Positions 1 through 9,534 of a stretch of 64,000 nt of DNA are shown here, piece by piece. The notes beneath the pieces were generated by a model. It ran no database searches and was not told the origin of the DNA. It was given only the letters and a program-made list of their open reading frames with translations. Both the position numbers and the translations under genes were made by a program. The DNA comes from Ktedonobacteria bacterium. GTDB lineage: Bacteria > Chloroflexota > Ktedonobacteria > Ktedonobacterales > JACDGC01. The number at the start of each line of letters is the position of its first letter. Within the stretch, counting starts at the first letter, position 1. Location of the stretch: NCBI GenBank assembly GCA_027459785.1, contig DAIDGU010000056.1:40230-104229 (forward strand), read 5' to 3'.

Positions 1-1
1 T

Positions 2-265
2 ATGGAGCCGATCCCCCTGCAAGAGCATGAGATCGACGCGATCCTCAAGCAGGTCAAGAAGGTGGACGAGGGCGCGAAACCGCAAACCGTCATGCCAAAG
101 TTCAAAATCGGCGAGTCGGTGCATATCATCGAAGGCCCGTTCGCCGACTTCATCGGTCAGGTCAGCGAAGTCCATCCCGAACATACCAAACTGACGGTGT
201 TGGTCTCGTTCTTCAACCGCGAAACCCCCGTCGAACTGGATTATCTCCAGGTCGAAAAGGTCTAA
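2..265 (+). CDS. nusG: Transcription termination/antitermination factor NusG, C-terminal KOW-domain part (5'-partial at window start)
   Basis: KOW-type motif (KFKIGESVHIIEGPFADFIGQVSEV) and the conserved position immediately upstream of rplK. Confidence 0.8.
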   Translation: MEPIPLQEHEIDAILKQVKKVDEGAKPQTVMPKFKIGESVHIIEGPFADFIGQVSEVHPEHTKLTVLVSFFNRETPVELDYLQVEKV

Positions 266-328
266 ATTAAACACAGATGAGGCAGGGCGGGCAACGCCCA
301 TATGACCTCTTGAGGAGTAGTTGTCGTC

Positions 329-754
329 ATGGCCAAGCGCGTTAAAGCGGTTGTCAAGCTGCAAATTCAGGCGGGCAAAGCGACGCCCGCGCCCCCTATC
401 GGCACCGTGCTCGGTCCCCAGGGTATCAATCTGGTGATGTTCTGCAAAGAATATAACGAGCGTACGGCTCCGATGGCTGGCTCGGTGGTCCCCGTCGAAA
501 TCACCATCTTCGAGGACCGCTCCTTCACCTTCGTCACCAAAACCCCGCCCGCCGCCGATCTGTTGCGCAAAGAGGCCAAGGTCGAAAAGGGCAGCGCCAC
601 GCCGAATAAGGCGAAGGTCGGCGCGATCTCGAAGGCGCAATTGCGCAAGATCGCTGAGACGAAGATGAAAGATCTCAACGTCAACAGCGTGGAGGCCGCC
701 GAGCGCCTCATCGCCGGCACCGCGCGCAGCATGGGCATCTCCGTCCAGGACTGA
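329..754 (+). CDS. rplK: 50S ribosomal protein L11
   Basis: 141 aa; canonical L11 N-terminus [34 protein letters not shown] and the KTPPAADLL motif. Confidence 0.95.
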   Translation: MAKRVKAVVKLQIQAGKATPAPPIGTVLGPQGINLVMFCKEYNERTAPMAGSVVPVEITIFEDRSFTFVTKTPPAADLLRKEAKVEKGSATPNKAKVGAISKAQLRKIAETKMKDLNVNSVEAAERLIAGTARSMGISVQD

Positions 755-781
755 AGCCGCCGCTGTTCGCGCATATATCAC

Positions 782-811
782 AGCTATCTGCATACCGCAG
801 ATAGCTTTTTC
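782..811 (+). terminator. Rho-independent terminator downstream of rplK
   Basis: Inverted repeat agctatctgc/gcagatagct followed by TTTTT. Confidence 0.6.
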
Positions 812-841
812 GTGTAGCGCTCTAAATTCGACGCCTCCCTA

Positions 842-870
842 TTGAAATCTGCATCTAGCTATGGTATACT
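842..870 (+). promoter_or_regulatory. Near-consensus sigma70-type promoter (TTGAAA-17nt-TATACT) upstream of the zinc-ribbon gene
   Basis: -35 TTGAAA and -10 TATACT with a 17-nt spacer, followed by the ggtacgt..acgtacc hairpin. Confidence 0.4.
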
Positions 871-1024
871 GAGGAAAGGTACGTAAGGAACGTACCATAG
901 GAGCCGCTCAAAGGCTAGGTTGTTGTTCTCCCTCGGCGAAGAAGACCTCTTTTGGCGTTCCCAACTTCCCTTTGAGGGTACCTTAGCGGATGGGATCATC
1001 TGCTAGAAAGACTGGTTTTTCCCC

Positions 1025-1363
1025 TTGTATCAGGATCAGACGCTGCGCTGCCGCGATTGTGGACAGGACTTTGTATTCACCGCCGGCGAACAAGAATTTT
1101 ATGCGAGTCGCGGTTTGAACAATCCCCCCTCGCGGTGTCCCGAATGCCGCGCGGCGCGCAAAGCATCCAGCGGTGGGAGCTATGGTGGCGGCGGCGGTGG
1201 TGGCATGCACCAGCGCGGCGAGCGCCAGATGTTCGACGCCGTCTGTGCGAGCTGTGGCCGGCCCACTCGTGTGCCGTTCCAGCCGCGCGGCGACCGCCCG
1301 GTGTATTGCAGCGAGTGCTACGAGCAGCAGGGTGGCGGCAGCCGCCGCTCTTCGCGCTACTAA
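1025..1363 (+). CDS. Small duplicated zinc-ribbon protein (two CxxC..CxxC modules separated by a Gly-rich linker)
   Basis: 112 aa; CRDCG...CPECR and CASCG...CSECY motifs with a GGSYGGGGGGG linker. Confidence 0.6.
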   Translation: MYQDQTLRCRDCGQDFVFTAGEQEFYASRGLNNPPSRCPECRAARKASSGGSYGGGGGGGMHQRGERQMFDAVCASCGRPTRVPFQPRGDRPVYCSECYEQQGGGSRRSSRY

Positions 1364-1484
1364 ACACATCACCGTAACGCCAAAAGATGGTGGGGACGCA
1401 GGCTCAGCCTGCGCCCCCACTTTTTGTATGCACCCCATTCGCGGTACCAAAAAAGCCGCTCTCTACGAGCGGCATGAAAAAGGG

Positions 1485-1558
1485 AGCCGATGGTGGGACT
1501 CGAACCCACGACCTGCTGTTTACGAAACAGCTGCTCTGGCCAACTGAGCTACATCGGC
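1485..1558 (-). tRNA. tRNA-Thr (anticodon CGT)
   Basis: Manual fold of the minus strand: acceptor GCCGATG/CATCGGC, D-arm GCTCAGTTGGCCAGAGC, anticodon loop TTCGTAA, T-arm GTGGGTTCGAGTCCCAC, discriminator T; CCA not fully encoded. Confidence 0.85.
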
Positions 1559-1574
1559 ACAAATCGATTGGACA

Positions 1575-1608
1575 TTGCTAGTATACCCCACCTGCTGCTG
1601 AAAGTCAA
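1575..1608 (-). promoter_or_regulatory. Consensus-like promoter for tRNA-Thr (TTGACT-17nt-TATACT, read on the minus strand)
   Basis: Reverse complement of 1575-1608 gives TTGACT, a 17-nt spacer and TATACT about 15 nt upstream of the tRNA 5' end. Confidence 0.45.
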
Positions 1609-1635
1609 CACACCCATCCTGCGCTAGCCTGAAAG

Positions 1636-1815
1636 GGTATGAGACCAATTTCGGGTAAAGACAGTGGCCATCGAGGCCGGTCAGACAGGAATGTCTGTCC
1701 TCCGTGGTTGTGGAGAATGGCTGTCCTCCATGTGATCGTTATAACAGACAAGCATGGCTGTCCTCCCTTACCCATATTGATTATCCGCAATGGGTATGAG
1801 ACCTGCGACAGCGGC
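1636..1815. repeat. Dispersed repeat family A copy (core hairpin GGACAGACAGGAATGTCTGTCC plus GGCTGTCCTCC sub-repeats), bounded by gggtatgagacc direct repeats
   Basis: Near-identical segments at 12545-12660, 26330-26375, 32110-32262, 41350-41382, 46003-46050 and 49520-49600. Confidence 0.7.
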
Positions 1816-1917
1816 AGGGGAAAACCTAGCTACCTCCCACCCACCAGCCGCCGTTGCCACGCGCAAGCATGTGATGCAGCATGATCGAGCCACGTGATAC
1901 AATGAATTGAGCTTCAA

Positions 1918-2574
1918 ATGGTGGGGGCAAGGGCGATGGCGATCACTGATGACATGGTAGGCACATGGCTGGATGCCTTGGCGAGCGGCGATCCCGCGCC
2001 GGGGGGCGGCGCGGCGGCGGCGCTGTGTGGCGCGCTGGCGGCGGCGCTGGTGAGCATGGTGGCGCGTTTCACCGAGGGCCGGCCCAAATATGCCGATGTG
2101 CAAAAGCACGTCCAGACGATTCTGAATAGTAGCGAGCGGGCGCGCAAGATGTTGGTGGAGCTGATCGAGGCCGACGCGCGGGCCTTCAGGATGGTGGCGC
2201 TGGCCTACAAAATGCCCAAGAGTACCGAGGAAGAACGGGCGCAACGCGACGACCTGATCCAGCAGGCGCTCACCAGCGCCACCGACGTGCCGGTGATGGT
2301 CGCCGAGATCGCGCGTGAAGTGCTCACGATGGCGCAACTCATCGCGCAGATCGGCAACCGCAGCGTGCTGGTGGATGCTGGCACCGCCGCATACCTGGGC
2401 ATGGCGACGATCAACGCCGCCGCGCTGAATGTACACGAAAATTTGCGCACCCTGCACGACGAGGTGCATGGCCATGCGCTGCAAAAACGCCTTGCGGCGG
2501 CGACCGACGGCGTGGCCGAACTGGTCAATGAAACCTTGGAGATCATCGCCATGCGCACGCAGGGCCAGGGCTGA
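1918..2574 (+). CDS. Formiminotransferase-cyclodeaminase C-domain-like protein (methenyl-THF cyclohydrolase/cyclodeaminase family)
   Basis: 218 aa, all-helical, LDALASGDPAPGGGAAAALCGALAAAL motif typical of FTCD_C/FchA; next to folD. Confidence 0.65.
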   Translation: MVGARAMAITDDMVGTWLDALASGDPAPGGGAAAALCGALAAALVSMVARFTEGRPKYADVQKHVQTILNSSERARKMLVELIEADARAFRMVALAYKMPKSTEEERAQRDDLIQQALTSATDVPVMVAEIAREVLTMAQLIAQIGNRSVLVDAGTAAYLGMATINAAALNVHENLRTLHDEVHGHALQKRLAAATDGVAELVNETLEIIAMRTQGQG

Positions 2575-2592
2575 CGCGAAGGGGAAGTACCA

Positions 2593-3453
2593 GTGAGCGC
2601 CGCCATTCTGGATGGTCGAGTCTTCGCCGCCGAGATCCAGCGCGAATTGCAGGATCGCGCTGCCGCGCGGCGCGTGGAACTGGGCTTTCAGCCCTCCCTG
2701 GCCATCGTCGTCATCCGCGATCACATCGGCGAGAGCGCGTCGGACGTGTATGTGCGCCAGTTGCGGCGCACCGCACGCCAGGTCGGCCTCAGCAGCCGCG
2801 TCCTCGAATTGCCGACCTCCGCCGACGCCGCTGAACTGCTGGCGCTCCTCGCGCGGCTCAACGACGACGAGACCGTTCACGGCATCATCGTGCAATTGCC
2901 GCTGCCGCCGCACATCGGGCGCGACGTGTTGCTCGATGCCATCAGCCCGGCGAAGGACGTGGACGGTATCAGCGCCACCAACGCCGGCAACTTGTTTCTG
3001 AACTTGCCCGCGCTCGTCCCCGCCACCTGCGCCGCGGTCATGGAATTGCTGGACCGCGCGGAGATCGACCTCGACGGCCAGCGCGCGGTGATCGTCGGCG
3101 CCAGCGCCGTCGTGGGCCGGCCCCTGGCGCTGATGCTGCTGCATCGCAACGCCACCGTCACCGTCTGCCATATTTACACCCAAGACCTACCCAGCTTCAC
3201 ACGCCAGGCGGATATCCTGGTCGCGGCGGCTGGCGTCCCCAAGCTCATCAAGGCCGATATGGTGCGGCCCGGCGCGATCGTCATCGACGTCGGGATCAAC
3301 GTGCTGCCGGACGGCCAGGTGGTGGGCGATGTCGATTTCGATAGCGTCTATGATATCGCTGGTGCGATCACGCCGGTGCCTGGCGGCATCGGCCCCCTGA
3401 CGAATCTGATGGTGTTGCGCCAGACCCTCCACCATCTTACGACCACTGTTTGA
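2593..3453 (+). CDS. folD: Bifunctional methylenetetrahydrofolate dehydrogenase/methenyl-THF cyclohydrolase
   Basis: 286 aa; FolD motifs (IVQLPLP, DVDG, GASAVVGRP, PVPGGIGP). Confidence 0.9.
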   Translation: MSAAILDGRVFAAEIQRELQDRAAARRVELGFQPSLAIVVIRDHIGESASDVYVRQLRRTARQVGLSSRVLELPTSADAAELLALLARLNDDETVHGIIVQLPLPPHIGRDVLLDAISPAKDVDGISATNAGNLFLNLPALVPATCAAVMELLDRAEIDLDGQRAVIVGASAVVGRPLALMLLHRNATVTVCHIYTQDLPSFTRQADILVAAAGVPKLIKADMVRPGAIVIDVGINVLPDGQVVGDVDFDSVYDIAGAITPVPGGIGPLTNLMVLRQTLHHLTTTV

Positions 3454-3526
3454 GAATAGTACCATGAGGACATGTGTTTTACCCGCGCAGGAGGACGACT
3501 GACCACAGTGCCGAGAAGTACCCTCC

Positions 3527-3582
3527 AGTCCGCGTCGGCGGACTTTGTGGCGTAGCCCCTAGGCGCGGTTTTAACCGCCCGC
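3527..3582. repeat. Dispersed repeat family C copy (AGTCCGCG.CGGACTT...CTAGGCGCGGTTTTAACCGCCCG)
   Basis: Matches copies at 10231-10340, 19869-19927, 45805-45982 and 55172-55222. Confidence 0.7.
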
Positions 3583-3640
3583 TCGCCCATCAACGTGTCG
3601 TGTGAATCGTTCGCTATTTGCCTATTCAAGAGGTGCCAGC

Positions 3641-5665
3641 ATGTATCAGAATCCCGCGTTCGGCCAGAATCCCGCCTACAATCAAGCGCCCCAGCCCATC
3701 CCAGCCCAACCCGGCGCACCGGCGGATGAGACGCTCATCATCCATCATATCTCTGATCTGCATCGCAGCCGTGCCGCCGCCGGGCGCAGCGCGCTGGATG
3801 CCTATGCGCAACGCATGCAATATGTGCCGCAGGAACAGCAACCGAACGTTATCATCATCACCGGCGATCTGACGTTGGCCGGCACCCGCGACGAAATGCG
3901 CGAAGTGGCGAACGAGATTCGCAATCTGGCGCGGCGCTGGGATGACCTCGCCCGCCGCCAGCGCGTCTTCGTCGTCCCCGGTCCCCACGACATCGATTGG
4001 GCGAATACCTCCGACCGCAGCCCCAGCCTGGAAGCCTTTGTGCAAGAATTCTACAGCTTCTGCATTCCCGTTTTGCTGAAACAACAGGGGCAGGTGCTGA
4101 CCAGCGGGGAACCCTATGCCCAGCCCGGCAATGAGCGCTACTTGATCTATCTCGTCAACACGTGCTATACACCCGAAACGCTGCCGCAGCCGCTACCCAA
4201 GCCGCTGGATGACCTCGTGAAACGTTACCGCACGCTCTGGAGAGATCGCGCCAGGGCGAACACGCGCCCGCAGGGCCAGTCCGACGAGGAGAGCAATCGC
4301 CAATTCCTGAAAGCGACGGAAGAGTTGATCATACCGGATCGCGGCGTGGTACGCACCGATGATGTCAACCGCTTCCTGACCACGCTGCCGGGCATCCGCG
4401 TCGATGACACGACCTTCGCCACCTCGTATCCGGCGGACGAGCAGGCGGGCTTGCTGAAGATCCTGGTGACGCACCACCCGCTGATCGGCTTCACCGGGCG
4501 GAGCGGGCGCGCTTATGGGGCCGCGCAGGATGCCGGTGCGCTGGTCCAGGCGGCGCGGCGCTTCAACTTCCAGATTGCCTTGCACGGCCATACCCACGAA
4601 CCCCACGTCCTCACCGACCAGGCCATCGACGCGGTGGGCCTGGGCGGCGGCGATGTGCCACTGCACCAGATCGGCGCGGGAACCCTGAGCGGCGGCCCCT
4701 TGGATTCGCCGGCTTTCAACGAACTCGTCGCCGTCCGTAACCGCACCACAGGTCGCTGGACGCTGAATTACGCGCCGATCAACCTGCTGAGCTACGATCC
4801 CACTCGCAAGCCAGCATATTATACGTTCCCGCTCTATAACATCGCCGGCATGGGGACGCCCGCCCCCGTCCGCCAAGACGACCCCGCCGCCGAAACGCGC
4901 GCCAAGTTCGAGAGCAGCCTGCGCGTGGCGCTGCGCATGCTGGCCGAGGAGGTCGAGAACGACGCCGTGCAGGATATCCCCATGCGCCCGTTGGCGACGA
5001 TCAAGGAGGCGATCAAAGATATCGTTTTCGCCGGCATCGAAACGCGCATCGGCCTGGCGCTGGTGCAGCGCCAGTTGGACGGCAGCACGGTGCTGGCGAA
5101 CAAGTACATCCTGCCCGACATCCAGGTGGACGATCAGTATATTCACCCGTTCACCTATCCCGACACGGTGGCGGCCTGGTCGCTGATCATGGGCGAGCCG
5201 ATCATCTATCCGACGCAGGTGCGCGGCGTGACGACGCCGATCAACTATGATTGGCTGCGCCGTAGCGGCAAGTATGACGCCGTCGTGCGCGCCCTGCGCG
5301 AGGCGGCCCAGCGCACCCCCGGCAACGCGCGCCTAAACGACCTGCGTACCAAACTGGAAGCCGGCACCCTGGCGATGAATGACATCTTTCAGCCGTGGCC
5401 CACGGGCGTGCCGCAGACGCGCTTCGTCTCGTTCATCTCCGTGCCGGTGCCGTTGCGCACCACGGCGGGCTACGCGCCGCGTCTGCGCGAATTGGGCGCG
5501 CTGAACGTCGATATCATCGATGCCGATCCGTCCCGCCCCGGCGCGGCCTTCACTCCGGAACGGGTGGATATGCTGCGCACGCTAGCTTACTTGATCGACG
5601 GCATCCTGACCACCGCCTATAAGCTGCACCGCCCCCGCGACATCTGGCAAAACCAGCGATTCTGA
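3641..5665 (+). CDS. Calcineurin-like metallophosphoesterase with a large uncharacterised C-terminal domain (~330 aa)
   Basis: Motifs DLH, GDLT, VPGPHD and GHTHEPH in the N-terminal ~350 aa; SD-like GAGG sits before the ATG at 3641 (the ORF could alternatively start at 3602). Confidence 0.7.
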   Translation: MYQNPAFGQNPAYNQAPQPIPAQPGAPADETLIIHHISDLHRSRAAAGRSALDAYAQRMQYVPQEQQPNVIIITGDLTLAGTRDEMREVANEIRNLARRWDDLARRQRVFVVPGPHDIDWANTSDRSPSLEAFVQEFYSFCIPVLLKQQGQVLTSGEPYAQPGNERYLIYLVNTCYTPETLPQPLPKPLDDLVKRYRTLWRDRARANTRPQGQSDEESNRQFLKATEELIIPDRGVVRTDDVNRFLTTLPGIRVDDTTFATSYPADEQAGLLKILVTHHPLIGFTGRSGRAYGAAQDAGALVQAARRFNFQIALHGHTHEPHVLTDQAIDAVGLGGGDVPLHQIGAGTLSGGPLDSPAFNELVAVRNRTTGRWTLNYAPINLLSYDPTRKPAYYTFPLYNIAGMGTPAPVRQDDPAAETRAKFESSLRVALRMLAEEVENDAVQDIPMRPLATIKEAIKDIVFAGIETRIGLALVQRQLDGSTVLANKYILPDIQVDDQYIHPFTYPDTVAAWSLIMGEPIIYPTQVRGVTTPINYDWLRRSGKYDAVVRALREAAQRTPGNARLNDLRTKLEAGTLAMNDIFQPWPTGVPQTRFVSFISVPVPLRTTAGYAPRLRELGALNVDIIDADPSRPGAAFTPERVDMLRTLAYLIDGILTTAYKLHRPRDIWQNQRF

Positions 5666-5677
5666 GGGAGATGGGAC

Positions 5678-5816
5678 GGGAACACGAAAGCCACGAAATC
5701 GCACGAAGGCCACGAAAAAATTGAAAGCCTGATTTGGCTATCGCACAACAATCCTTTGGGCTTGCATCGCTTACCTTTCGTGTTTTTCGTGAACCTTTCG
5801 TGGCTTTCGTGTTCGG
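5678..5816. repeat. Repeat family B: long imperfect palindrome built from CACGAAA/TTTCGTG heptamer units
   Basis: Left arm gggaacacgaaagccacgaaatcgcacgaaggccacgaaa; right arm tttcgtgtttttcgtgaacctttcgtggctttcgtgttc; related elements at 13996-14104, 39884-39988 and 59283-59338. Confidence 0.7.
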
Positions 5817-5839
5817 AAAACTATGTTAGGGAGTAAACG

Positions 5840-7495
5840 ATGACGACCGGATCGCTGGATTGGTTCGCCGAGGTGCGCGCTTGCACTGAAGCGTTGGTGA
5901 ACGTGCGCAGCGTCAGCCCCAGTGCTGACGAGTCCGCTGTCGTCCAGACGGTCGGCGAGTTGCTGCGGCGCGACGGTCTGGGTGCGGCGTATGCGGTCTG
6001 CGATCACGTCGCCATTCCGGGCGATCCCTTCGGGCGATGCAATGCCGTGGCATACTTGCCGGGCCAACAGCGCGCGACCGTTGTGCTGCTGGGGCATACC
6101 GACACCGTGGGAACGGAGGATTATGGCGCGCTGGAGTCGCTGGCAACCGACCCGGCGGCGCTGGCGGCACACGCGCACGACCTCATCGGCGACGACAGCG
6201 TGGCGGAGCCGGCAGACTGGCTCTTTGGCCGGGGCGCGCTGGATATGAAGAGCGGCGTCGCAGTGAATATCGCCGTCATGCGCCATTTCGCCCGCCAAGC
6301 CCTGGCCGGCACCCCGCCGCCCGTCAGCCTGATCCTGCTGGCGACGCCGGACGAAGAGACGCAATCCGCTGGTGCGCTGGCCGCGACCGGCTGGCTGGCG
6401 GACTTCCGCCGGCAGCACGACCTGCGCTATGTCGGGCTGATCAACACGGATTACGTCGCGCCGCGCTACCCCGGCGACCCGGAGCGCCCGATCTACACCG
6501 GCAGCGTCGGCAAGCTGCTCCCGCTCTTTTACGTCGTGGGCAAGGCGACTCACGTGGGCGATCCCTATGACGGCGTCGACGCCAACCTGCTCAGCGCCGA
6601 GATGGTGCGCGACCTGAGCATGAATCCGTTGCTGGTGGACCACGTGCGCGGCGAACAGACGCCCCCGCCCGTGACCCTGCACCTGGCCGACCTGAAGACG
6701 AGCTATAACGTGCAGACGGCCTTCGCGGCATGGTTTTACCTGAACGTGCTGACGCTTTCGACCACCCCGGAACACCTGCTGGCCACCGTGCAGCGCACGG
6801 CGCAACGGTCCCTGAATCGCGTGCTGGGCCGCCTGGGCAAAGATTATCGCGCCCTGCGGCGCGACCTCGCCGCGCCCCTGCCGCCCCACCTGCTCAGCGG
6901 CGCGGCGTATACCTACCAGGATGTCCGCCGCCTGGCGGAAGAGCGCGTGGGCGCGGCGACCGTGGCCCGCGAACTGGCGGCGGTGCGCCAGGAGTGTCCG
7001 GCGCGCATGGACAGCCGTGAAGCCACGCTGCGCCTGGTGGCGGCGCTCTGGCAACTCTCGGCGCGGCCCGCGCCCGCTGTGGTCATCGCCTTCGCCCCAC
7101 CCTACTATCCCCACATCGCCCAGCAGCCCGGTCCCCTGCTGGAGGCCGTGCGCGCCGTCGCCGCGCGCCACGCGGACCAGGGCGTCGTCCTGCGCGAGTT
7201 TTTCCCGCTGCTCTCCGACCTGAGCTATATGCGGCTGGATGCCGCGAACCGCACCGAGGCGCTGATCGCCAACATGCCGCTCTGGACCGATGGCACTCCC
7301 GATCCCACCGTCGCCGGCTACTCCCTGCCCTTCGCCACGATCCACGACGCGCAAATCGCGGGCGTCGTCAACATCGGCGTCTATGGCTATGGTGGCCACC
7401 AGCGCGGCGAGCGCGTCTACATGCCCTATAGCTTCCAGACGGTGCCACAGATGGTCTACGAAACGATCCTGTCGCTGACAGAAGATGTTGTATAA
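5840..7495 (+). CDS. M20/M25/M40-family metallopeptidase (ArgE/DapE-like)
   Basis: 551 aa; VLLGHTDTV and GRGALDMKSG motifs. Confidence 0.8.
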   Translation: MTTGSLDWFAEVRACTEALVNVRSVSPSADESAVVQTVGELLRRDGLGAAYAVCDHVAIPGDPFGRCNAVAYLPGQQRATVVLLGHTDTVGTEDYGALESLATDPAALAAHAHDLIGDDSVAEPADWLFGRGALDMKSGVAVNIAVMRHFARQALAGTPPPVSLILLATPDEETQSAGALAATGWLADFRRQHDLRYVGLINTDYVAPRYPGDPERPIYTGSVGKLLPLFYVVGKATHVGDPYDGVDANLLSAEMVRDLSMNPLLVDHVRGEQTPPPVTLHLADLKTSYNVQTAFAAWFYLNVLTLSTTPEHLLATVQRTAQRSLNRVLGRLGKDYRALRRDLAAPLPPHLLSGAAYTYQDVRRLAEERVGAATVARELAAVRQECPARMDSREATLRLVAALWQLSARPAPAVVIAFAPPYYPHIAQQPGPLLEAVRAVAARHADQGVVLREFFPLLSDLSYMRLDAANRTEALIANMPLWTDGTPDPTVAGYSLPFATIHDAQIAGVVNIGVYGYGGHQRGERVYMPYSFQTVPQMVYETILSLTEDVV

Positions 7496-7536
7496 TACGC
7501 TAGAGATACTCAGCGGCCCCAAGGAGACATTTTGCG

Positions 7537-8238
7537 ATGAAGTTCGGCATTCTCGTTTTCCCTGGCACGTGGAGCGACCGCGACTGGCACCATGTGTTGA
7601 CGCGCACGCTAGGGCAGACGGCGGAATATATTTGGCACGACGACACGGACCTGCACGGCTGCGACGCGCTGATCGTCCCCGGCGGCTTCGCTCACGGCGA
7701 TTATTTGCGCGTGGGTGCCATCGCGCGCTTTTCGCCGATCATGGCGGCGGTTGCGCGCTTCGCTGAGGCGGGTGGCTTGATCCTGGGCAGTTGCAATGGC
7801 TTCCAGATCCTGACGGAGGCGGGGTTGCTGCCGGGCGCGCTGCTGCGCAACGCCAGCTTGGCCTTCCGCTGTGAATGGGTGCATGTGCGCGTGGAGCGCA
7901 CCGACACGCCTTTCACCAATGCCTGCGCGCCGGGCCAGGTCTTGCGCATCCCCATCTCGCACGGCGATGGCAATTTCTATATGGAGGATGCTGACCTGGC
8001 GGCGCTGGAAGCGCGCGGCGGCGTGGTCTTCCGCTATTGCGATGCGGCGGGCAATGTGACACCATCCGCCAACCCCAACGGCTCGCGCAACAACATCGCC
8101 GGCATCATCAACGCACGCGGCAATGTGCTGGCGTTGATGCCGCACCCCGAACGCTGCTGCGAGGCGGAACTCGGCGGCACGGATGGCCGTTTCATCTGCG
8201 ACTCCCTGCTGGCGGCGCACGCGCCCGCCGCGCGGTGA
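7537..8238 (+). CDS. purQ: Phosphoribosylformylglycinamidine synthase subunit PurQ (glutaminase)
   Basis: 233 aa; [19 protein letters not shown] and MPHPER motifs. Confidence 0.9.
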   Translation: MKFGILVFPGTWSDRDWHHVLTRTLGQTAEYIWHDDTDLHGCDALIVPGGFAHGDYLRVGAIARFSPIMAAVARFAEAGGLILGSCNGFQILTEAGLLPGALLRNASLAFRCEWVHVRVERTDTPFTNACAPGQVLRIPISHGDGNFYMEDADLAALEARGGVVFRYCDAAGNVTPSANPNGSRNNIAGIINARGNVLALMPHPERCCEAELGGTDGRFICDSLLAAHAPAAR

Positions 8239-8729
8239 CGCCCGTGTTCCCGTTCCCTTGCGAGCATGCAGCGCGCTTAGACATCAACGGCCTGCGCCAG
8301 ACACGCGCCCTGGGCGAACGCCTGGGCCATGCCGCCGCGCCGGGTGATCTCATCCTGCTCACCGGGCCGCTGGGCAGCGGTAAAACGGCGCTGACGCAAG
8401 GCATCGCCGCCGGGCTGGATTGCGCCGATGTGATCAATAGCCCCACATTCACCCTGCTCAAAGAGCATCCGAACGGACGTATCCCGCTCTACCACTTCGA
8501 TCTCTATCGCCTGGAGGATCCCGCTGAGATCTGGGCGCTGGGCTTCGAGGATTATTTCAGTGGCGCGGGGCTGAGCGTGGTGGAATGGGCCGAGCGCGCT
8601 CCCGCTGCCTGGCCGGCTGACTGGCTGTGGCTGGCGCTCAGTGTGACCGGCACATCCACGCGGCGCATCGATTGCTGCGCACGCGGCGCACGCGGGCAAT
8701 TCTTGCTGACACAGTGCGCTGCGAGGTGA
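8235..8729 (+). CDS. tsaE: tRNA threonylcarbamoyladenosine biosynthesis protein TsaE (YjeE)
   Basis: P-loop GPLGSGKT; likely GTG start overlapping the purQ stop (GTGA); it is the tail of six-frame ORF 8037..8729. Confidence 0.75.
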   Translation: MTPVFPFPCEHAARLDINGLRQTRALGERLGHAAAPGDLILLTGPLGSGKTALTQGIAAGLDCADVINSPTFTLLKEHPNGRIPLYHFDLYRLEDPAEIWALGFEDYFSGAGLSVVEWAERAPAAWPADWLWLALSVTGTSTRRIDCCARGARGQFLLTQCAAR

Positions 8730-8736
8730 ATCCGCT

Positions 8737-9507
8737 ATGTTGCTTGCCATTGATACTTCCACCAGTTACGCCAGCCTGGCGCTGCTGGAAGGCTTTCGCC
8801 TTGAACGATGCCATGCTTGGCTGGTAGGCCAGCGGCACAGTGTGGAAATTTTTGCGGAAATGGATGCGCTACTTACCAATGGACACGCCCATGCGCCGCA
8901 ACCGATCCAAGCGGTTGCCGTCGCCACCGGCCCAGGCTCCTTTAATGGCACGCGAGTCGCGGTAACGGTCGCTAAGACGCTGGCCTTTGTCTGGCAGGTG
9001 CCGCTGATTGGCGTGCCAACCCTCCACGGCATCGCCCAGGCTTACGCTGCCTCGCCAGACGACGAATTGGCCTTGATCGAGCGGGGGGTGTCCATTGTGG
9101 CACTGCTGGAAGCGGGTCGTGACGAACTGTACTCATGCTGGTATGATCTGGATGTACGCTCCGTTCCCGAACGCGCCTCGCCAGTGGTGTTCGTTCGCCC
9201 GCGAGGCACCATCACACTTGCCAAAGTGGATGAGATCGTGGCATCAGCACCGGCAGGGGTAATCGCGCTGGCCGGTGAAATGAGCGATGCGCACCGTAAC
9301 ACGCTGCACGCTGGTTTCGGCGCGCAACTGCTGGCTAGCAGCACTGCGCGTGTTGCCAGCGACATGTGCGCCGAGGGAATCGGCTTGCTGGCGCAAGCGC
9401 GTTTGCTGGCAGGCGAAAAGGACGATCCGCTGGCGTTGGAGCCGACCTATGTGCGTCGGCCCAACATCTCCACCAGCACGCGACATCCGGTGCCGGGCAA
9501 CGGGTAG
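8737..9507 (+). CDS. tsaB: tRNA threonylcarbamoyladenosine biosynthesis protein TsaB (YeaZ)
   Basis: 256 aa; MLLAIDTSTSYASLAL N-terminus and ATGPGSFNGTRV motif. Confidence 0.85.
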   Translation: MLLAIDTSTSYASLALLEGFRLERCHAWLVGQRHSVEIFAEMDALLTNGHAHAPQPIQAVAVATGPGSFNGTRVAVTVAKTLAFVWQVPLIGVPTLHGIAQAYAASPDDELALIERGVSIVALLEAGRDELYSCWYDLDVRSVPERASPVVFVRPRGTITLAKVDEIVASAPAGVIALAGEMSDAHRNTLHAGFGAQLLASSTARVASDMCAEGIGLLAQARLLAGEKDDPLALEPTYVRRPNISTSTRHPVPGNG

Positions 9508-9534
9508 GAATGATTTTTCGAGAGGTTTGCATCC

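Noticed and set aside
1768-3183. 471-aa minus-strand ORF spanning the FTCD-like and folD genes
   Set aside because: Antisense to two genes with strong family motifs; the composition is typical of a GC-rich shadow ORF.
5771-7522. 583-aa minus-strand ORF antisense to the M20 peptidase gene
   Set aside because: Arg/Ala/Gly-rich low-complexity translation of the kind high-GC DNA produces on the antisense strand. The sense-strand product has clear M20 motifs.
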